From Agathobaculum sp. (GTDB lineage Bacteria; Bacillota; Clostridia; Oscillospirales; Butyricicoccaceae): DNA of 27,019 nt. The notes below the pieces were generated by a model. It had not been told where the DNA came from, ran no database searches, and saw only the letters and a program-made list of their open reading frames with translations. A program made the translations under genes and the position numbers. Where the stretch lies: assembly GCF_050946325.1 (NCBI RefSeq), contig NZ_JBMNUP010000011.1, positions 1-27,019 of the forward strand. Direction: 5' to 3'. Each line of letters opens with the position of its first letter. The stretch's first letter is position 1. Below are positions 10,378 through 17,191 of this stretch, one piece after another.

Positions 10378-10604
10378 ATGATGTACAATAACAACAAAGC
10401 AGGGCGATTATTACATTCCTTGTTTGGAATGACCCGCCGAAAAAGAAGAAAAGGTATATCGGCGTGTGGGGACAGCGGCATTTGCGGTATATTCGAGAGC
10501 ATAAAAAGGTGTTCTACACTAATCTGCTGACAAGCGGCAAACTGATGGCACAAGGCAGATATACCGATGCCGCCAACGAGGTTATGATAAAATTCGCAAA
10601 ATAA
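10378..10604 (+). pseudogene. TnpV-like gene relic, N-terminal part, disrupted and truncated
   Basis: One frame reads ITTKQGDYYIPCLE then TGA (10430-10432) then PAEKEEKV. Shifting +1 near 10457 gives IGVWGQRHLRYIREHKKVFYTNLLTSGKL, the TnpV N-terminal core as I recall it. It ends early at TAA 10602-10604. The ATG at 10378 is in a third frame. Confidence 0.55.
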
Positions 10605-10612
10605 GAACACGG

Positions 10613-10646
10613 CGGCAGGGGTTAAAATCCCTGCCGCTGATCTTTT
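10613..10646 (+). terminator. hairpin terminator after the TnpV relic
   Basis: CGGCAGGG (10613-10620) / CCCTGCCG (10629-10636), 8-nt loop. The T4 run lies 6 nt downstream, so efficiency is uncertain. Confidence 0.5.
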
Positions 10647-10663
10647 GCGAAAAATGTTATAAT
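10635..10663 (+). promoter_or_regulatory. candidate extended -10 promoter for the island sigma operon
   Basis: TGtTATAAT at 10655-10663 with a weak -35 (CGCTGA, 10635-10640), about 80-nt leader, AAAGGAGAAA RBS before ATG 10745. Confidence 0.45.
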
Positions 10664-10744
10664 AAAGGCGCGACTATTTCGATTCTCATACGACTAATAA
10701 GTGAAAGGGACAAAAACACACCCCCTTCGGAAAGGAGAAAGTCA

Positions 10745-11302
10745 ATGGACAACGGTGCAAGCAGCTACCGCCGTTTCCTTGATGGTGATGACAACGGGAT
10801 AGCTGAAATCGTTGAAGATTATAAAGATGGTCTTATTCTTTATTTGAACGGTTACGTCAATAATATTTTCATTGCCGAGGAACTGACGGAAGATACCTTC
10901 TTTCGGCTGATCACCAAAAAGCCGAGATATTCCGGTAAAAGCACATTCAAGTGTTGGTTATATGCAATCGGACGAAATGTGGCGATTGATTATATAAGGC
11001 ATCATTCAAAAATGCTCCATACTCCCATCGAAGATATGGAAAACTATTTGAGCGAGGAGCAGAGCCTTGAACAATCCTACCTAAAAGAAGAGAGAAAAAT
11101 CATAGTCCATAAGGCTGTTTCTGAACTTTCAACCGATTACAGAACAATCCTCTGGCTTGTTTTCTTTGAAGGTTTTTCCAATAAAGAGGCGGCAATTGTG
11201 TTGAAAAAGAATGACCGACAAATAAAAGATCTTCTTTACCGGGCAAAGCAGTCTTTGAAATCAAAACTTGAAAAGGAGGGATTTATTTATGAAGAATTCT
11301 GA
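10745..11302 (+). CDS. RNA polymerase sigma-70 family factor, ECF-type
   Basis: 185 aa. Region 2 (EELTEDTFFRL ... WLYAIGRNVAIDYIRH) and region 4 HTH (FEGFSNKEAAIVLKKNDRQIKDLLYRAKQSL). AT-rich codon usage unlike the flanks. Confidence 0.85.
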   Translation: MDNGASSYRRFLDGDDNGIAEIVEDYKDGLILYLNGYVNNIFIAEELTEDTFFRLITKKPRYSGKSTFKCWLYAIGRNVAIDYIRHHSKMLHTPIEDMENYLSEEQSLEQSYLKEERKIIVHKAVSELSTDYRTILWLVFFEGFSNKEAAIVLKKNDRQIKDLLYRAKQSLKSKLEKEGFIYEEF

Positions 11303-12059
11303 AGAAATGGTAAATAGCCTGCTTGAACGCAGAGATAAGTATGCTGCCGAGAAAAAAAGGAAAAGGACAATCATTACCCGTACAGTAACCTCGATGTGCT
11401 GTGTGTGCCTTGTTGTCTGGTTGGGCTTCGGTATGTGGCAAGGAGGAATGTTCGGCACAACACCACCTGCAACATTAAATGATTCAATCAATATCGGCGA
11501 AAAAGATTATATTAACCCAGATGAATTGAATGCTAACGCAGACACTCAGACATCTAAAAACGATGCGGATTTGAGCAACAATTCTTCTGCTGCAAATGAT
11601 AATGCTGGGAATCATCCTAATAGCTACAGTCCTAACGGAAGCGAAAAGACTATGATTTCTTCGTTTAGTATAAACGGAACACCATCTGCTTCGTATGAAA
11701 CACCCGAAAATGGCAAATTTTATTTTTCGATACCGTTGAGTGAAGCTATGAATGAATATGGAGATAGTGTTTTGTATCGTGTAGTCGTTGATGTGTTCAA
11801 CAACAATGAACAATTATCATCAGATAGCAACCAAGTACAAGACGAGTGTAAACGACTTTCGAATATTGGATATGTTGTTGCCTATGAAACTGTTTCCGAT
11901 GGAGAATCTTATCATTATTACTTGACTCTGCACGCCACTTATGATGAATTGACAGAGTTTATTGCAAATGAAAGCTATGGCTACTTTATGTTCTTGTATG
12001 ATGAACGAGTAGAATCTACTGTTGAATCACCAATATCATCTAATGGCTTCAGACAATGA
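11289..12059 (+). CDS. single-pass membrane protein, candidate anti-sigma / sensor partner of the ECF sigma
   Basis: ATG 11289 lies 9 nt after AAGGAGG (11273-11279) and overlaps the sigma stop by 14 nt. About 35 cytoplasmic residues, TM segment SMCCVCLVVWLGFGMW, Asn/Ser-rich linker, about 130-aa C-terminal domain I do not recognise. No HxxxCxxC zinc anti-sigma motif. Confidence 0.7.
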   Translation: MKNSEEMVNSLLERRDKYAAEKKRKRTIITRTVTSMCCVCLVVWLGFGMWQGGMFGTTPPATLNDSINIGEKDYINPDELNANADTQTSKNDADLSNNSSAANDNAGNHPNSYSPNGSEKTMISSFSINGTPSASYETPENGKFYFSIPLSEAMNEYGDSVLYRVVVDVFNNNEQLSSDSNQVQDECKRLSNIGYVVAYETVSDGESYHYYLTLHATYDELTEFIANESYGYFMFLYDERVESTVESPISSNGFRQ

Positions 12060-12066
12060 TAACAGA

Positions 12067-12102
12067 CACCCTGCAAGACTTCAAAATCTTGCAGGGTGTT
12101 TT
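12067..12102. terminator. strong hairpin between the island operon (+) and the S-component gene (-)
   Basis: CACCCTGCAAGA (12067-12078) / TCTTGCAGGGTG (12087-12098), 12-bp perfect stem, T4 on the + strand. Probably also serves the convergent minus-strand gene. Confidence 0.7.
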
Positions 12103-12147
12103 GCTGTCAAAATGTATGTAGTCCCCACAGAGCAGGGGGCTGTTTTT

Positions 12148-12741
12148 TTAATTTTTATGCTGCGCTTCCTGCAAATGGCGGCCGAAGGAAGTGGCCTGCA
12201 TGGCCTTTTGCAGCGCCGGCAGCAGCGCCAGCGAAACCACAACGGCGATGACGGTATTCGGCCCCGAGGCAAGCAGCTTGGGGATATTTGCGGCAAAGGC
12301 GGGCGCAAAGGCGCTGCCGCCGATCATCAGCGCGGCGATGTTCTGGAACATGTAAAAGACGGTGGAAAATACGGCGGCAATCAGCGCCGCGGCAGCATTG
12401 CGGCCGAAGCGTTTGGCGCGTGCGCCGGCCCAGTGGGCGATTACGCCGCACAGCCAGGCCATCAGGAAAAAGCGGATAAAGGTGATCCAGGCCTCGGGCA
12501 CATATTCGGGCGTCATCAGGTCAAAGAACATGGAGCCCAGACCGGCGGCCAGTCCGCCGCGCACGGGCCCAAGCAGCAGACCGCACAGCAAAACGAATGC
12601 GTTGGCCAGCTTAATCATGGTGGTGCCGGTGGGCGTGGGAATGCGGATGGAGAGAAACATTGTCACAACAAAAACAACCGCGGCCATCAGGCCGGTCGAG
12701 ACAATGTCATACAGTGTGATTTTATGCGTTCCGGTTTGCAT
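12148..12741 (-). CDS. ECF transporter S component (substrate unknown)
   Basis: 197 aa, about 6 TM. LLCGLLLGPVRGGLAAGLGSMFFDL pattern typical of energy-coupling-factor S components. AGGAGG RBS 8 nt before the ATG. No EcfA/EcfT genes in the window. Confidence 0.7.
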   Translation of the reverse strand: MQTGTHKITLYDIVSTGLMAAVVFVVTMFLSIRIPTPTGTTMIKLANAFVLLCGLLLGPVRGGLAAGLGSMFFDLMTPEYVPEAWITFIRFFLMAWLCGVIAHWAGARAKRFGRNAAAALIAAVFSTVFYMFQNIAALMIGGSAFAPAFAANIPKLLASGPNTVIAVVVSLALLPALQKAMQATSFGRHLQEAQHKN

Positions 12742-12775
12742 CAGAAATTCCTCCTGCCGATGGTATCTGACAACT

Positions 12776-12804
12776 ATGATACGCCGCTTATGACCTGATG
12801 AAAA
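12776..12804 (-). promoter_or_regulatory. candidate sigma-A promoter for the S-component gene
   Basis: On the minus strand, TTTTCA (12799-12804), 17 nt, TATCAT (12776-12781). This would leave only a leader of about 35-45 nt. Confidence 0.3.
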
Positions 12805-12902
12805 TAGTCAATTTGCGTTTATTTTATAGGGTCAGACGGCACAGAAAAATCCCCGCCCGCTATATGAAGAGCGGACTTTTCCACATTTCCCTCCGTCTCT
12901 GT

Positions 12903-12931
12903 GGATAAAATACGTTCCTCTGCGCAAAATA
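12903..12931 (+). promoter_or_regulatory. possible forespore-type (sigma-G/F-like) promoter for the spoVA operon
   Basis: GGATA (12903-12907), 17 nt, CAAAATA (12925-12931), loosely matching the gHATR-17/18-CAtxHTA consensus. Imperfect match. Confidence 0.3.
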
Positions 12932-12952
12932 CCCCAAAAGAAGAAGGGAAGG

Positions 12953-13411
12953 ATGCGCATGAAGCTGGATAAACAGCAGTATCAGAAGCTGTTGGAGCAG
13001 AAAAGCCCGAATTCGCCCCTGTGGAAAGATTGTCTGAAAGCCTTTGTATTCGGCGGTGCGATCTGCACCGTGGGCGAAGGCGTCAGCAACTTCTGGCAGG
13101 CGCGCGGACTGGAAACGGCGGACGCCGCCGCGGCAACTTCAATCACCATGGTGTTTCTGGGCGCGCTGCTGACCTGCCTGCATCTGTATGAAAAGCTGGC
13201 AAAACACGCGGGCGCGGGCACGATCGTGCCGATTACGGGCTTTGCCAACGCAATTGTATCGCCCGCGATGGAGTTCAAAAGCGAGGGCCTGGTGCTGGGT
13301 CTTGGCGCAAAGCTGTTCGTCATTGCCGGACCGGTGCTGGTATACGGCATTTCGGCCAGCGTGGTGTACGGCCTGCTGCTGTGGATGCTGGGAGGAGGCG
13401 GCGCGGCATGA
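12953..13411 (+). CDS. spoVAC: stage V sporulation protein AC
   Basis: 152 aa. FVFGGAICTVGE and GAGTIVPITGFANAIVSPAMEFKSEG are SpoVAC hallmarks. The start could instead be the second ATG at 12959. Confidence 0.9.
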   Translation: MRMKLDKQQYQKLLEQKSPNSPLWKDCLKAFVFGGAICTVGEGVSNFWQARGLETADAAAATSITMVFLGALLTCLHLYEKLAKHAGAGTIVPITGFANAIVSPAMEFKSEGLVLGLGAKLFVIAGPVLVYGISASVVYGLLLWMLGGGGAA

Positions 13412-14436
13412 TCGAACGCATCGGACGGCGTACCCTGCGCTTTGCCGGCCGGCCCGTGCTGCTGTCGCACGCGGCGGCCGTCGGCAAAAAGGAGGGCGAA
13501 GGCCCGCTTGGCGGGCGGTTTGATTTTGTAGCCGAAAACGACCGCATGGATGAAAAATCGTGGGAGCTGGCGGAAAGCCGGCTGCAGCGCGCCGCCATCC
13601 GCATGGCGCTGGAAAAGGGCGGGCTGAAAAAGGAAGACCTGGATGTAATTCTGGCGGGCGACCTGCTCAACCAGTGCATCAGCTCTTTTCTGGCTTCGGT
13701 CGATTCGGACGTGCCGTATCTTGGCCAGTACGGCGCCTGCTCGACCATGGCGCAGGGGCTTGCGCTGGGCGCGTGCCTGGTAGAGGGCGGCGCGGCGCGC
13801 AGGGCGCTGGCTGCGGCGTCCTCCCATTTCTGCTCGGCCGAGCGGCAGTACCGTTTTCCGCTGGCTTACGGCGGGCAGCGCACGCCGACCGCCCAGTGGA
13901 CGGCCACGGCGGCAGGCGCGGCTGTGCTGCAAGGCGGCGCGGGCAAAGAGCGGCAGCCTTCCATCCGCGTGACGCATGCGGTATTCGGCAAAATGGTCGA
14001 AATGGGCGTGACGGACGCGGGCAACATGGGCGCGGCCATGGCTCCGGCGGCCTTTGACACCATCACGGCCCTGCTGGACGACCTGCACGCCGCCCCCACT
14101 GATTTTGACTGCATCGTGACGGGCGACCTGGGGCACGTCGGCGCGGATATTCTGCTGACGCTGCTGCGGGGACAGGGCGTCGACCTTTCGCCCGTCTATT
14201 CCGACTGCGGCAGCCTGCTTTACGGCGACGAGCAGGACGCCCACGCGGGCGGCTCGGGCTGCGGCTGTTCGGCGGCCGTGCTGTGCGGCCCGCTGCTGCG
14301 CGATATGCGGGAGGGAAAGCTCCGCCGGCTGGTCTTTGCCGGAACGGGCGCGATGATGAGTCCGGTCTCCGTGCAGCAGAAGCAGCCGATTGCCGGGGTG
14401 TGCCACGCAGTTGTGCTGGAAAGGAGCGAAGCATGA
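13408..14436 (+). CDS. spoVAD: stage V sporulation protein AD
   Basis: ATG 13408 overlaps the spoVAC stop (ATGA). MIERIGRRTLRF...GKKEGEGPLGGRFD N-terminus and thiolase-like body typical of SpoVAD. The track start at 13381 is rejected. Confidence 0.9.
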   Translation: MIERIGRRTLRFAGRPVLLSHAAAVGKKEGEGPLGGRFDFVAENDRMDEKSWELAESRLQRAAIRMALEKGGLKKEDLDVILAGDLLNQCISSFLASVDSDVPYLGQYGACSTMAQGLALGACLVEGGAARRALAAASSHFCSAERQYRFPLAYGGQRTPTAQWTATAAGAAVLQGGAGKERQPSIRVTHAVFGKMVEMGVTDAGNMGAAMAPAAFDTITALLDDLHAAPTDFDCIVTGDLGHVGADILLTLLRGQGVDLSPVYSDCGSLLYGDEQDAHAGGSGCGCSAAVLCGPLLRDMREGKLRRLVFAGTGAMMSPVSVQQKQPIAGVCHAVVLERSEA

Positions 14437-14798
14437 ACGGGATGGAATATTTAAACGCCTTCTGGGTGGGCGGCGCGATCTGCGCGGTCTGCCAGGTGTT
14501 CATTGATAAAACCAAGCTGACACCGGCGCGTATTCTGGTCAGTCTGGTGGTCATCGGCGTATTTTTGCAGGGCATTGGGGTGTATCAGCCCGTGGTGGAC
14601 TATGCAGGCGCGGGGGCGACCGTGCCGCTGCTGGGGTTTGGCTATTCGCTTGCCAGGGGCGTGGCAAAGGCGGTGGCGGAGGACGGCCTGCTCGGCGTGT
14701 TCACCGGCGGGGTGACAGGCGCTGCCGGCGGCATTGCAGCCGCCATTGTGTTCGGCTGCCTGTTTGCGTTGCTGGCAAAGCCAAAATCCAAGGGATAA
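14433..14798 (+). CDS. spoVAE: stage V sporulation protein AE (AEb-type)
   Basis: ATG 14433 overlaps the spoVAD stop (ATGA) after AAGGAG. 121 aa. GAGATVPLLGFGYSLARG motif paralogous to SpoVAC. Confidence 0.85.
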   Translation: MNGMEYLNAFWVGGAICAVCQVFIDKTKLTPARILVSLVVIGVFLQGIGVYQPVVDYAGAGATVPLLGFGYSLARGVAKAVAEDGLLGVFTGGVTGAAGGIAAAIVFGCLFALLAKPKSKG

Positions 14799-14808
14799 AT
14801 TCTTTCTG

Positions 14809-14837
14809 TTGCGCCGCCGGCCGCGCGCGGGTATAAT
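14809..14837 (+). promoter_or_regulatory. candidate sigma-A promoter for the dus-family gene
   Basis: TTGCGC (14809-14814), 17 nt, TATAAT (14832-14837). GGGAGGA RBS follows. Confidence 0.45.
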
Positions 14838-14863
14838 AAAGGGCAGCAGGGAGGACGAGACAG

Positions 14864-15835
14864 ATGCGGTATTATTTTGCCCCGATGGAGGGCGTGACAG
14901 GCGCGGTATACCGCCGCACACATCATGAATATTTCCCGGGTGCGGATAAATACTTTATGCCCTTTATCACGCCGACCGCGCAGCCCCGGCTGACCCCGCG
15001 CCAGAAGCGGGACGTATTGCCCGAGGAAAACGCGGGCGTACCGGCCGTGCCGCAGCTTTTGAGCCGGAACGCCGCAGACTGCGTCTGGGCGGCGAACGCG
15101 CTGGCCGAACTGGGGTATGAGGAGGTCAACTTAAACCTCGGCTGCCCTTCGGGCACGGTGACGGCAAAGGGCAAGGGCGCGGGCTTTCTGGCCGATCCGG
15201 ACGGGCTGGACCGCTTTCTGGACGCGGTGTTTGCAGGCTGTTCGGTCAAAATTTCCATCAAAACGCGGCTGGGGCTGCGCGATGAGGCCGAATTTGCGCG
15301 TATTTTGCAGATATACAACCGGTATCCGGTTTTTGAGCTTACCATCCATCCGCGGGTGCGGGAGGATTTTTACAAAGGCCGCGTGCGGGAAGCTTGCTTT
15401 GCCGCCGCGCTGCCGCAAAGCGCCATGCCCGTGTGCTATAACGGAGATGTGGTCTGCGAGGGGGACGCGCAGGCCGTGGCGGCGCGGTATCCGTCGCTTT
15501 CGGCCATCATGCTGGGCCGCGGGCTGATTGCCGACCCTTCGCTGGTGACGCGCCTGCGGGGCGGCCCGCGGGCCGACCGGAAAACGCTCTGCGCCTTCCA
15601 CGACGCACTGTACAGCCGTCTGTCCGAACGCTTTGGCGACCGGCGCATCGCCATGCTGCGCATGAAGGAGATCTGGTTTTATCACCTGCATCTGTTTGGA
15701 GAGAACGAAAAACACGGCAAACAGCTGCGCAAATCGCGCACCCCGCAGGAATACGAAGCTGCGGCGGCCGCCGTTTTTCGGGATCTGCCGCTGCTGGATG
15801 AAGCGGTGCCGCGCTGGTTCCGTCCGGCGGAATAA
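14864..15835 (+). CDS. tRNA-dihydrouridine synthase family protein
   Basis: 323 aa. FAPMEGVTGAVYR N-terminus, VNLNLGCPS active-site motif, KTRLG. Dus/NifR3 TIM-barrel pattern. Confidence 0.85.
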   Translation: MRYYFAPMEGVTGAVYRRTHHEYFPGADKYFMPFITPTAQPRLTPRQKRDVLPEENAGVPAVPQLLSRNAADCVWAANALAELGYEEVNLNLGCPSGTVTAKGKGAGFLADPDGLDRFLDAVFAGCSVKISIKTRLGLRDEAEFARILQIYNRYPVFELTIHPRVREDFYKGRVREACFAAALPQSAMPVCYNGDVVCEGDAQAVAARYPSLSAIMLGRGLIADPSLVTRLRGGPRADRKTLCAFHDALYSRLSERFGDRRIAMLRMKEIWFYHLHLFGENEKHGKQLRKSRTPQEYEAAAAAVFRDLPLLDEAVPRWFRPAE

Positions 15836-15869
15836 AAAAAGCTTCCATCAAGACGATGGAAGCTTTTTT
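15836..15869. terminator. bidirectional terminator shared by the dus (+) and HAD (-) genes
   Basis: A7 run, AGCTTCCATC / GATGGAAGCT 10-bp stem (15840-15849 / 15855-15864), T6 run. Abuts both stop codons. Confidence 0.8.
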
Positions 15870-16525
15870 CATGTGCAGAAGTCTGCGGCGATGGCGGACA
15901 GGTCGGCCTCCGTAAGCGAGGCGCACATGCGGTATTGTCCGGAAAAATCGCAGTATCGGGTCACGTCGTTGGGCACGACCAGCACGCGCATGCCCGCGTT
16001 CCGGCCGGCCTGCAAACCGTTGAGCGAATCTTCCACCACCAGGCATTCGTCCGCGCTGCTGCCGCAGGCCGCGGCCGCTTTGCAGAACAAATCGGGAAAG
16101 GGTTTGACGCGCGCAACGTCCTCTGCGGTAACGAGCACGTCAAAATACTGCATCAGATCCAGCCGCTCCAGGTGGCTGGCCGGTTTTTTGCGGACGGACG
16201 AGGACGCAAGCGCAACCGAAAGCCCGCGCTGCCGGGCGTTTTGCAGAAACGCGCGCACCCCCGGCTTTGCCGGCAGACGGCCGCTTCGCTCGACGAACAG
16301 GGGAAAGGTCTGCTGTTCAAAAGCCGCGCGGTCCACATGCACGCCTTTTTCATCCAGCCGGCGGAACAGCGCCTCGGCCTCGGAGCCGACGCAGGTCAGA
16401 AATTCCTGCACAGAAAGCGCGTAATTTTTGTTCCGGCGGAACCAGTCTGCAAAGATCTGGTACCAGACGACCTCGGTATCGACGATCAGGCCGTCAAAAT
16501 CCATAATAATTGTTTTCAGCATCAT
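15869..16525 (-). CDS. HAD-IA family hydrolase (phosphatase / beta-phosphoglucomutase-like)
   Basis: 218 aa. DFDGLIVDTE motif I, later VEDSLNG and GM..V motifs. Confidence 0.8.
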   Translation of the reverse strand: MMLKTIIMDFDGLIVDTEVVWYQIFADWFRRNKNYALSVQEFLTCVGSEAEALFRRLDEKGVHVDRAAFEQQTFPLFVERSGRLPAKPGVRAFLQNARQRGLSVALASSSVRKKPASHLERLDLMQYFDVLVTAEDVARVKPFPDLFCKAAAACGSSADECLVVEDSLNGLQAGRNAGMRVLVVPNDVTRYCDFSGQYRMCASLTEADLSAIAADFCT

Positions 16526-16669
16526 ACTTCACCGTTTCTATCATAAAGGAAAGGACGCCGTGTTGTCAAGCAGGGGCGCGCGCAGGGGAAGCAAAATAAA
16601 AGTCCGGTTTAAGGGACAAAGCATCGGGTATTATCCAAGTAACGAAAGACGAAACGGAGGGGTTTTCCG

Positions 16670-16948
16670 ATGCGGAAAAATTTTGGACTGGCCATGCAGG
16701 CGGCGGGCGGCCTGCTGGCGTTTTTGGCGGCCGGTGCGTCCGATATGGGGACCATTTCGGCAGAGGGGCTGCTGTACAATGCGGTCTGGGTTGTTTTGCT
16801 GTATGCGGCAGGCAGCGTGCTGCGCAGGGGAAAACCGGCCCGCGTCGTGCGGCTGCGGGCGGGCGCAGACCGGATCGGGCACCTGACGGCAGGCCGCGCT
16901 TTCCCGCCGCTGGAAAGACGGTTCCGGGCGGTGCGGCTGCTGCGATGA
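16670..16948 (+). CDS. hypothetical small membrane protein (uncertain)
   Basis: GGAGGGG RBS (16654-16660) about 9 nt before the ATG. The first 55 or so aa form two hydrophobic segments. The C-terminal 35 aa are Arg-rich and low-complexity, so the true extent is doubtful. Confidence 0.3.
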   Translation: MRKNFGLAMQAAGGLLAFLAAGASDMGTISAEGLLYNAVWVVLLYAAGSVLRRGKPARVVRLRAGADRIGHLTAGRAFPPLERRFRAVRLLR

Positions 16949-16956
16949 GCGGTCTC

Positions 16957-17124
16957 TCGATCGAAACCACGCTTTCGATCGAATTTGCGACTGCGAATCG
17001 CGCCCCCTGGGCACAATTCTCCGTCGTTTTGTATGAAAACCCACGCGCGTGTCGCGGGTTTTTATGAAAATTGCAGCTTGCTGCAATTTTCTGTTTGATA
17101 CGCGCGGCTCGCGCGCAGGATTTT
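16957..17124. other. cluster of consecutive stem-loops in a non-coding gap
   Basis: Perfect 10-bp stem TCGATCGAAA/TTTCGATCGA (16957-16982). AAAACCC..GGGTTTT hairpin (17036-17062). Perfect 11-bp stem GAAAATTGCAG/CTGCAATTTTC (17066-17091). CGCGCG/CGCGCG hairpin (about 17101-17115). Confidence 0.5.
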
Positions 17125-17135
17125 TCGACAGACTG

Positions 17136-17167
17136 AAAAAAGTCAGGCGATACGCCTGACTTTTTTT
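17136..17167. terminator. bidirectional terminator downstream of the PBP gene
   Basis: A6, GTCAGGCG ata CGCCTGAC, T7. Confidence 0.8.
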
Positions 17168-17191
17168 GCATTGCGGCATATGGTTTTGGGT

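Larger units (their letters stand above)
10121..12105. mobile_element. low-GC island: degraded integrative/mobilizable-element remnant carrying an ECF sigma module
   Basis: Abrupt composition change: hand count gives 24/60 G+C in 11521-11580 versus 44/60 in 9901-9960. Contains two TnpV-like relics, its own promoter and terminators. No recombinase or clear terminal repeats seen. Boundaries are approximate. Confidence 0.5.

Noticed and set aside
10296-10610. 104-aa minus-strand ORF in the island
   Set aside because: It has no RBS and lies antisense to the TnpV-like relic, whose + strand frames give recognisable conserved peptide strings.
12022-12798. 258-aa + strand ORF over the S-component locus
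   Set aside because: Gly/Arg/Gln/His low complexity, and it reads through the 12067-12102 terminator hairpin. The minus strand gives clean TM helices with an AGGAGG RBS.
12815-12845. preQ1-I-like tail (CCCTATAAAATAAAC on the minus strand) upstream of the S-component gene
   Set aside because: No 5-bp P1 stem with a loop of about 11 nt can be formed immediately upstream, and the position is probably upstream of the likely promoter. The resemblance is limited to an A-rich tail.
12982-14406. 474-aa minus-strand ORF
   Set aside because: Antisense to spoVAC/spoVAD, which have unmistakable conserved motifs and ATGA-coupled starts. The translation is Arg/Ala/His-rich.
16957-17124. Possible tRNA or other classical RNA gene among the hairpins
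   Set aside because: There is no GTTCRANYC T-loop, no cloverleaf spacing, and no match to SRP, RNase P, tmRNA or 6S cores that I know.
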